From Octopus bimaculoides (taxonomy: Eukaryota): a DNA stretch of 34,220 nt. Each line of letters opens with the position of its first letter. Position 1 is the stretch's first letter. Position numbers and translations under genes: made by a program. Below the pieces are notes generated by a model, which worked only from the letters and a program-made list of their open reading frames with translations, did not search any database and had not been told where the DNA came from. Shown here piece by piece: positions 24,643 to 34,220 of this stretch. The stretch covers positions 15,252,030-15,286,249 of the forward strand of contig NC_068989.1 of assembly GCF_001194135.2 (NCBI RefSeq), in the 5' to 3' direction.

Positions 24643-26405
24643 GAGAATTATTTTAAGTAGGTTTAAGAACTTTGTTTTACACTGATCATAGTTTAATTAA
24701 TTTTTCGCATGTTACTTAAAAGTTTGAGATGAATACATTCAGTCATGATGGAGAAACTTAATGAAATCTTTATATAAATGAGGATACGAACAATCTCCCT
24801 ACAAAATTAAAGATTCTGTTATCTAATCTAAGATGAAGTGCACAATGTGATTCGCACAAATGCGTGCAGGTATAAAACTAGGCTAAGAATTATTCTGTGG
24901 TATTATCCAGAGATACTGAAAAACGTTCGTTCCTATATTGGTATAAACTTTTTAAATTTCATTTTTTTTTTTATTCCACAGTAAATAATAAATACGAGCT
25001 TTTTTGAAGGAAAACAGAAAAGGTCAACTCTGCCTTTTGTAAAAAATTCGCAAATACCGCCAACAATTTAAACACTAAAAATATCCAATAGCAATAATAT
25101 AGATTCTGTTGCTTGTAACTGCACATTTCCAGAAATTGTCTACTAAGCGATTGTTTCTCCAAAGCTTTCAGTTACTATCATGAATCTCACCGTTAACCAA
25201 CTAGCGCTTGTGTTAGGTTTACTTTGTCCTTCCATATTAAGTTCTACGTTTCATTATTTATGATCGTCTGACGATCGGCAACGAGTGCTCAGAGTAACAA
25301 TTTTTTAATGTTCTAGCTTCTAATAAACTATACACATAAATACATGCACGCGCCCATGTGTGTGCACACGCAAACACACACTGTAAGCATCAATTTACAA
25401 ATACATTCGAATTCGGATCACTGAGAAAACTTTATTAAATAAATACCTACAGCATTAATCTAAGGTACAAATCTGTCTCTCATTTTGCAGGTACATCCAA
25501 TTACTCATGCAACACAAACCCTTCAGCAACCACAAAAAAGAAAAAAGAAAAAAAAGCAACAAACGACAATAATGTGTAAGTCATCCACCGCCAATATCAA
25601 ACGCCTGGTAAAACAAAGCGAAAGATATATACTGTGTTCAATCTCTTACCCAGAACGAACGCGTTGTTTAACCAAGAAGCGTTCCTAAAAGACAACATAC
25701 TTCATAAATTATATGACAGGAACATTATAAAAGCAAGTTATTTCGTTTCCACAGAATTCTTTCAATCAATACACACCAAAGAGAAAATAACTGTGATTGC
25801 CAAGTCACTGAGTCGTGTCCTTTGGATACACAATGCTTGAGTTGCTGTGTTATACATCAGGACGTCATAACCACAGAAAAAAATAGGCAATATTGTTACT
25901 TAAATCAGTTTAACAGAAAAAGAATTAGAAGTCTACTATATCAGTAGATCTTTCACAAACACCGTCGCGAAAGCAGTGATACATTATTTACTTACATTTG
26001 ACAGAAAAGCCATTGGCGAGAGTAGCGACGTTGTATATATTCATACGATTGTATACAGGATTGGGCAAAAGTAGGCATACGGTTGCTTAATATGAGTGGG
26101 ACGTTCTTTCCATTTCTCCATTTCTTCTTTTAAACCTAAGCGATTCATAAGCCAACTGAGTCATCTGCAGGAGATACCTAGTCTTTTGGTAGCCGTTTTA
26201 AAAATTTCTGGGGACTTTGAATGGAAAGAACATTCCACTCATATTAAGCAACATTTGCTCACCCTTGTATTTATATGAAGTACTGTCTAAATGAATGTTT
26301 ACACGAAGACACGTAGATAGATATAAACGTTTATATAAACGCGTGTGCATATATATGTACCTAGGGTGGATTTATTTGTAAAAAATTATGAGGTTAATAT
26401 ATGAA

Positions 26406-26487
26406 GGTGGTGAGCTGGCAGAATCGTTTGCTTAGCGGTATTTCGTCTGTCTTTTTGGTCCGAGTTCAAATTCCATCGAAGTCGACC
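26406..26487 (+). mobile_element. Family B SINE 5' fragment
   Basis: GGTGGTGAGCTGGCAGAATCG..CTTAGCGGTATTTCGTCTG..GAGTTCAAATTCC..GTCGAC. Confidence 0.85.
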
Positions 26488-26886
26488 ACCCATAGCCATT
26501 GCAGACTCCACAATAGGCCCTTCATTCTCAGGCCGAACAAAAGCGTCTTCATCTTCCATAACAATAAGCGATAACTTGATTAGCTGACGCTGTAAGACTA
26601 TCTGTAATGTGACAACGTCGTAAGTGAACGCAACTCAGAACTGCAGAATTACAACATGTTTCTCAGCTAGCTGCTGTTGCGTCGACAATCACGTCTTGCC
26701 TCGTGTACACAAAGTCAACCAATAGTGTGCCTGACGGACTCCTTGAGACACACCCACAACAGACAGGAACAAACGTATAAATTCTGTTAACGGACTTGTT
26801 AGCAGAACTGAACGCTAATCCGCTAAACGAAAAGTTAGCTTCGCCAATTAGCTGTTAGCGGATTAGCGGAACCGTGCCCACCACTG
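26488..26886 (-). mobile_element. Probable hAT-like DNA transposon terminal fragment
   Basis: Minus strand starts CAGTGGTGGGCACGGTTCCGCTAATCCGCTAAC with repeated GCTAA subterminal motifs. The other end is absent. Confidence 0.5.
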
Positions 26887-27529
26887 CTAATATCTAATAA
26901 ATGCTTAATAAGTACGATAGTAACATTTTAAGCATATTTCAGCCTAGTTTCCTTACAAGTACACACCACATGAGTTTTATGATTACGATGATATACCGTA
27001 GAAAATTTACATTCCTTTGAAGTTAGGTTCTGTAGCCTAAGTAGAGAATTTGGTTACATGATTGACATTAAAGCGATGCTTTTTCTCATAAATAATCTGT
27101 CACATTCTTCGCATTTCTTCACTCTTAAGGCCAAATCTTCCTTATTCTTGACTGCATATTCTGTTATTTCAACCCATTCTCGTCCCTTTCCCTTCTTTTT
27201 TCATCCCTTCTTTTCCCCTCTATCACCCTTTCTTTTCTTCCGACCTTTCCTGGTTCCTTTCTTTTTCATCTTTCATTTTCTTCCTTTAACTAATTTTCCC
27301 AACTCTCTCACAGTACTTCTTTAACTTTGAGAATATCACAAGAACTATAACGGTTGTATGAAGACATGTAGTAATCATTAACGGACAAATCTATTTAAAG
27401 TAATCATACTTAATTTAGTATGTGAGTGCTTTGTTCCAACGAACACGCACATTCACAGGCGCGCGCACACAGAGAATATAAATGGATCTAGACAAGTATT
27501 TCCGAACATCAGTAGAACTACTAAGCTTA

Positions 27530-27810
27530 CCAAATTAGCGAGTAAGTGGCTGAGTATTCTACAGACAAGAGCATCCATAACGTAATTCTCTAGCAGAATC
27601 AGAGTGACTCATTCAATGATCTTTGAATTACAATTGCAATCCATCCAGTAGGTTTCTATACAGTTTTCGTTTTGCCATTTTCACTTACAAGACACGACTC
27701 TACTCGAGAGGCTACAGAAACTGGCACTTTCCCAAAATGATACGCAGTAGGATTGAGCGCTGAACCTTGTGATTGACAAACTTTCTTACTATTCATTCAC
27801 ACTGCCTTTA
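27530..27810 (-). mobile_element. Highly diverged SINE (family C-related)
   Basis: AAGTGGCTGAGTATTCTACAGACA..CATAACGTAATTCTC..CAGAGTGAC..CTTTGAATTACA aligns to 15860-15960. Confidence 0.6.
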
Positions 27811-27898
27811 CAAACACACACACACACATACAGAGTGTAAGTGTGTGTGTTTGTGCGTGTGTGTACATATATGTATATATATGCATGTATGTATATGC

Positions 27899-28360
27899 AT
27901 TGGGTTGTCAGATGAATTCGTTTGTTTCCATTCAATGATATTTGAATCAGCACGAAAACTATTTTTATTACAGCGTTGTAAGTGTTTTTTTAAATGCTTT
28001 TTGTAGCTCTTTTCTTCCTCGACAACTTTTGTTCATCGTTTTTGAAATTAGCATAAATTTTACAGAGGTAAGACGATGGAGTGCCAAGTAGAAAAAAAAA
28101 TCAGCATTTGCAATATCTGCTTCTCTATACGCTTTCACTCAAGCTTTCAAAGCTGCCAAAACTGCTCGAGACATTTGTGCTGTGTACGGAGAAGGTGCTA
28201 TTACCGAAAAAACTATGCAGAAATTGCTTTCACGCTTCAAAGAAGGGAAATTCGATCTCACAAACTATCCGCGTTTCGGTCGATCTGTTCTGTTAAATGA
28301 GGATCAATTTTCCGATCTCATCCTCGAAGATCAGCACCAATCCACTTAGGAATTGACCTT
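27899..28360 (+). mobile_element. mariner transposon 5' portion (TIR + N-terminal HTH of transposase, frameshifted)
   Basis: ATTGGGTTGTC TIR-like start. Merged frames give MECQVEKNQHLQYLLLYAFTQAFKAAKTARDICAVYGEGAITEKT..RFKEGKFDL..YPRFGR (cf. R.GRP). Confidence 0.85.
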
Positions 28361-28484
28361 GTAGATATGATACCATCGACTGCCACCTTCACGCGACGAT
28401 CAATCTAAGTGAAACGATCCAGCTGGTGAAACGGCGCACTTCATTATTTACATTTGACAGATATTTGTCCTCATCTTGTTTGTT

Positions 28485-28535
28485 GTTAACATAACGTTTC
28501 GGTTGATATACCCTCCATCCTTCATCAGGTGTCTT
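28485..28535 (-). ncRNA. Minimal type I hammerhead ribozyme motif (PLE-type, palindromic stem III), partly degenerate
   Basis: Intact CUGAUGA and GAAAC core, 4/5-bp stem II, ACGU palindrome, GUU cleavage triplet. One mismatch in stem I. Confidence 0.6.
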
Positions 28536-28580
28536 GGGGAAATTTCGAAACTGAGTTCTCATTCCTAAGGTATTTTTCGA

Positions 28581-28618
<38 letters not shown>

Positions 28619-28673
28619 TCACTGCCTGGAATCGAACTCGGAATCTTGGGGTTAGTAGCCTGCNNNNNNNNNN

Positions 28674-28704
<31 letters not shown>

Positions 28705-28813
28705 GTTATTATTATTATTATTATTCAGGTCACTGCCTGGAATCGAACTCGGAATCTTGGGGTTAGTAGCCTGCACTCTTAACCACTACGCTATATGTCC
28801 TCGAAATTTCTCC

Positions 28814-28864
28814 AAGACACCCGATGAAGGTTGGAGGGTATATAAGCTGAAACGTTGTGTTAAC
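28814..28864 (+). ncRNA. Second (inverted) copy of the hammerhead motif, core mutated (CCGAUGA)
   Basis: ACAC-CCGATGA-A-GGTTG(gagggtatat)AAGCT-GAAAC-GTT-GTGT. Stem I ACAC/GTGT is intact. Confidence 0.5.
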
Positions 28865-30552
28865 AATAAACATGATGAGGACAAATATCCGTCAAATGTA
28901 AATAATGTAAATAATGTAAAGAAGTCTCAGTTTAGTTTCAAATTTAATTCTTAGCCTATGTTTCTTAAAGAAAGGGCGTAGATCTTTCCAAAACCAATTT
29001 GTGTTCTGCGGGTTAAAATTATTGAATGAGGTCATCATCGCTATGGAGACGCCCCATGAGAATTAATTTTAAATAGGAATAAAGTATATATAACCCGACT
29101 ACATCTGTTACTTTAGCCGAGTCTCTAGTTACTTGGCTGATGTTGAAGAGGTCACAGGAAGAGAATTTGTTTTATAGAGATTGGTCAAATACAATAGCAG
29201 ATTTTCTATCTTGCAGTATAACTATTTTATAATACTTAATGTTGGTGATAGATTAGCAAAAGTATATCAAACTGGATTAAATCGGTTCCAATTTTATTAT
29301 GTAGATCATTAAACCAGATAATAACCTCTTCTACAATTTACCAGAAGTAAAAATGATTTTCCTTTAATTTTAGGTAGAATTGTTTACAAATATTTTACTA
29401 GTTTTCCTAAAACCCCGATTTGATCGGTTAATTCATCAAATAGAAGGATTTGAATGCTCGTCTGCAAATGAGTTTTACGCTTCTTTAAGTAGCAGTAAGA
29501 TGTTTTAGGCTTTAGGGGTTCAGAACTATCTCGTATAGATTTTCTAGAATCAATATAAACATAATTTTCTCAAGTGTATTTTGGCAATATTTTTTTTGTA
29601 TAATCAGATGAGGTTACACTTTCGCAAATGAGGTTGTTGTAATCCTCACTCTTCACCAGTTAGAGGCTCATTAGACTAGTATAATTTATTTGAAGCATTG
29701 TGAAATAGAGTTCAAAGTGTTTAGCAAAGCCACTTCAAATCACATTGGCAATAATGGCGTTAAGAGACCCTTATAATTAATCAGAAATATCGAAATATAA
29801 GGTAAAACGTAAACCTTTGGTTTTCTTTTAACTTTTACTCTATCATTTCCATCTTGTATTATAAGTCGCTTTCCAAAACACTTTCAACTCTACGTTGTAG
29901 TGGTTCAAATAAATTATACAATTCTTATATATATATATATATATATATNNNNNNNNNNNNNNNNNNNNNNNNNNNNNNNNNNNNNNNNNNNNNNNNNNNN
30001 NNNNNNNNNNNNNNNNNNNNNNNNNNNNNNNNNNNNNNNNNNNNNNNNNNNNNNNNNNNNNNNNNNNNNNNNNNNNNNNNNNNNNNNNNNNNNNNNNNNN
30101 NNNNNNNNNNNNNNNNNNNNNNNNNNNNNNNNNNNNNNNNNNNNNNNNNNNNNNNNNNNNNNNNNNNNNNNNNNNNNNNNNNNNNNNNNNNNNNNNNNNN
30201 NNNNNNNNNNNNNNNNNNNNNNNNNNNNNNNNNNNNNNNNNNNNNNNNNNNNNNNNNNNNNNNNNNNNNNNNNNNNNNNNNNNNNNNNNNNNNNNNNNNN
30301 NNNNNNNNNNNNNNNNNNNNNNNNNNNNNNNNNNNNNNNNNNNNNNNNNNNNNNNNNNNNNNNNNNNNNNNNNNNNNNNNNNNNNNNNNNNNNNNNNNNN
30401 NNNNNNNNNNNNNNNNNNNNNNNNNNNNNNNNNNNNNNNNNNNNNNNNNNNNNNNNNNNNNNNNNNNNNNNNNNNNNNNNNNNNNNNNNNNNNNNNNNNN
30501 NTATATATATATATATTCATATATATACAGATATATATGAATATATATATAA

Positions 30553-30900
30553 ACATCCTGGAATGAATTGTGCCAAATTTTGGCATTGAAAGCTACACAA
30601 ATGCCCGAACGGATCGATACTGCACAGTGACAAAAATCCTAGCAATGCCATCCGCTTCAGGACCAGTTACTACAATAGCCTGGGTTTCAGGAGCCCACAG
30701 ATTTTTAATATTCTCCCGAAGAGCCTGAGGGACCAACACAGAGTGGACGTAGGCGTTTTCAAATCAAAATAGGACCTCTTTCTGTCGAGAATGCCAGATG
30801 AACCTACACCGCGGCAAGAGGTGCAAATGAGGGTAGCGACATCAAACTCCCTTATTAACCAAATGCCTTAAAAGAGGCTCTCAATAATAAGAGTGTAGCA
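30553..30900 (+). mobile_element. CR1/L2-group LINE 3' end fragment
   Basis: IVPNFGIESYTNAR..NSLGFRSPQIFNILPKSLRD..VFKSK*DLFLS..PDEP..SNSLINQ. Confidence 0.8.
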
Positions 30901-30934
30901 TATATGAATATATATATATGAATATATATATGAA

Positions 30935-31788
<854 letters not shown>

Positions 31789-31793
<5 letters not shown>

Positions 31794-31851
31794 TAGAATG
31801 AATGCAGAGATGTACCAAAATATTTTGAACAATAATTTATGGGACTCTGTA
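31789..31851 (+). mobile_element. Possible tiny Tc1-like transposase fragment
   Basis: NGRMNAEMYQNILNNNLWDS resembles the Tc1 G.MNA..Y..IL..NL motif. Very short. Confidence 0.35.
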
Positions 31852-33548
31852 TATATGTGTATATATGAATATATATATACGTATATATGAATATGTATAT
31901 ATGTATATATACATATTCATATATGCATACACACACACACACACACACGCACACACACACACTCACACACACACATATATATATATTAAAGTGACCTTTA
32001 TTTTTCAACTTTCAAAAAGTTTAGCTCACCCATCCAACCCACTATCTTTGCAAAATTTTAGTTCAATCGAACAACTGTAAGACGACCCTCATCGACCATG
32101 AAATTTTGAAGTTTTCGCCCGGAATGTTATTTTTTCAGATAAAAATCTTTATGTCTTATATAATGTATATATACATATATATATATATGTCGAGGGTATG
32201 AAAGGTATTGGTGTCAAGAAGACCCAAAAGGTGTCGGGTAACGCTAAGTAAGTGCTATGGATAGACCATGGTTAAGCTCCAGGTTCGATAATGATACGAA
32301 TGGGGAGTCCAACGTGGGTCATGTAGTAGCAAGCATNNNNNNNNNNNNNNNNNNNNNNNNNNNNNNNNNNNNNNNNNNNNNNNNNNNNNNNNNNNNNNNN
32401 NNNNNNNNNNNNNNNNNNNNNNNNNNNNNNNNNNNNNNNNNNNNNNNNNNNNNNNNNNNNNNNNNNNNNNNNNNNNNNNNNNNNNNNNNNNNNNNNNNNN
32501 NNNNNNNNNNNNNNNNNNNNNNNNNNNNNNNNNNNNNNNNNNNNNNNNNNNNNNNNNNNNNNNNNNNNNNNNNNNNNNNNNNNNNNNNNNNNNNNNNNNN
32601 NNNNNNNNNNNNNNNNNNNNNNNNNNNNNNNNNNNNNNNNNNNNNNNNNNNNNNNNNNNNNNNNNNNNNNNNNNNNNNNNNNNNNNNNNNNNNNNNNNNN
32701 NNNNNNNNNNNNNNNNNNNNNNNNNNNNNNNNNNNNNNNNNNNNNNNNNNNNNNNNNNNNNNNNNNNNNNNNNNNNNNNNNNNNNNNNNNNNNNNNNNNN
32801 NNNNNNNNNNNAAAAGATGTAAATATCCAATATCAACCCAACCAACTCATCCTCTCATTAATGTATTCCTCCGACGAAACAACGTTTCATTTTACTCTGT
32901 CATCAATTATTTGCTCTCCCTCTTTACCTCTCTGTCTCCCCCTGGCCCCTTTCTCATCGTCCCCCACTCTGTCTCCCTCCGGGCCTCTCTCTCTCTCTCT
33001 CTCTCTCATTTCCCCCATTCCCTTTCTCTCCAGCTCTGAAGATTCACAATTTTTTCGAGTTTTTCCACTCGAAATCAACAGATTCTGAGAACGTCATTTT
33101 CGCGTCATATCAACCGTAACTTGTTAGTCAATTTCAAAGACAACCTATCCCATTTTGCTTATGCCGGTCATTAGATAATTAATTAGTGTAGTGAATCAAA
33201 AGTCATTAATTTGATTCAGCGATAACGAACAACTTTTGATTTATTGAACAAATTGATAAATGATTGAAACTCGACTAATTGTTGTAAGACAGGCAGAGTG
33301 ACAGTCTAACAGACAGGCAATCAAGGCCAGATAATTATTTTCAACGAGGCACTGTATTTCATTTCTCTATATTTACTGTGAAAGTGTGAAGGGAAAATGA
33401 CGCGAAATTGAAAATTAAGAGTTCAAAAAGCGAGGCTCTAGCATGCACTCAAATGCACATTATATTTTTCCTACATTCTTGTCCGTCCCACAGTCTGTCT
33501 GTTTCTATCTATCTATCTATCTATCTATCTATCCATCTATCTATCTAA

Positions 33549-33924
33549 CCCCAAAAGGACGCCTTCTCTAGCAGGTATATATCTGCACCCGATATATATA
33601 GCAGGCAGGGGAACAAGCCTCTTTCTACGTTCATCTCCTATAGAGATTTTCCAACTAACTACTTTCCTTGTTGCCAGATCAGTGACTGATTTTCGCTTAC
33701 TTTTCTATGTATTGCTGGAGCGTACTACAAGCCGGAACGTACTACTACTATATCTAGCGGACAGGTATCCACCGTTGAGGACGGGAAAAGATTGCTCGAA
33801 ACCGGACGGTTTGGTAGTCCTTTCAAGTCGCAAGAAGATGGTAGGGGTTCGCTCCCCTACTTGCAATATATATATCGGGTGCAGGTTGCATCGATAACCA
33901 GCTAGAAGAGGCGTCCTCTTCAGG
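33549..33924. mobile_element. MITE-like element with long imperfect TIRs, possibly piggyBac-derived
   Basis: Left AGGACGCC..CTAGC..CTGCACCCGATATATATA..AGGGGA is mirrored on the right. Termini are CC..GG, flanked by CTAA (33545-48) and TTAA (33925-28). Confidence 0.6.
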
Positions 33925-34039
33925 TTAAAAATGATAGTAACGTTGGTTCATAAGGAACGGCCATGTTGAGGTGGCGACAAACATTTCTTCTCAGTATAGT
34001 TACTACTTTCATCTCTTATTGAAGTTTTCTGACTAGCTG

Positions 34040-34117
34040 CATATATACATACATACATACATACACACACTCACATACATACATACATACACACACACAT
34101 ACATACACACACATACA

Positions 34118-34169
<52 letters not shown>

Positions 34170-34220
34170 CACATGCATATGTGAATATGAATGTACATGT
34201 GTGTGTGTGTGTATATATAT
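34040..34220. repeat. (ATAC)n/(AC)n/(AT)n compound microsatellite
   Basis: Read directly from the sequence. Confidence 0.93.

Larger units (their letters stand above)
28442..28919 (-). mobile_element. Composite element: tRNA-like head + (TAA)n + Penelope-type tail with hammerhead motif, preceded by an inverted partial tail
   Basis: Minus strand: A-box TAGCGTAGTGG (28783-28793), B-box GAGTTCGATTCC (28739-28750), (AAT)n, then ACAC-CTGATGA-A-GGATG(gagggtatat)CAACC-GAAAC-GTT-ATGT. Arms 28442-28548 and 28801-28907 are inverted copies (97/107). Confidence 0.75.

Noticed and set aside
28612-28774. Tandem duplication of the tRNA-like head
   Set aside because: Identical 52-bp copies flank a 10-N gap, typical of an unmerged contig overlap. 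Treated as an assembly artefact.
28725-28800. Functional tRNA gene
   Set aside because: The acceptor stem pairs poorly, the anticodon (ACT) is atypical, and the sequence is fused to repeat-derived DNA. Treated as a SINE head.
29400-29800. L1/Tx1-like C-terminal patch on the minus strand (EE*GLQQPHLRK)
   Set aside because: A single short resemblance with stops; cannot be supported by eye.

Overview
Repeat-dense eukaryotic intergenic or intronic DNA from a gapped assembly (N runs at 7151-7473, 8232-8392, 10920-11066, 23384-23609, 28664-28673, 29949-30501, 32337-32811). The tRNA-derived SINE families, microsatellite load and TTAGGG-type tract resemble octopus (coleoid cephalopod) DNA; this is an inference from recalled repeat families. 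No intact host protein-coding gene is supported, and most ORF-track entries are microsatellite or N-gap artefacts. The window holds three decayed R4/Dong-type RLE retrotransposon copies, a near-full-length decayed RTE LINE, CR1/L2-group pieces, a Penelope-like GIY-YIG remnant, Chapaev3-like, mariner, hAT-like and piggyBac-like DNA transposon remnants, and about a dozen SINE copies from at least three families. The standout is 28442-28919: a tRNA-like Pol III head joined through (TAA)n to a Penelope-type tail with a minimal hammerhead-ribozyme motif, plus an inverted partial copy of that tail. This looks like a ribozyme-bearing SINE mobilised by Penelope-like elements. A second, unrelated hammerhead candidate lies at 8780-8824, and two long hairpins lie at 4002-4254 and 24436-24642. 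Boundaries of decayed elements are approximate and were read by eye.
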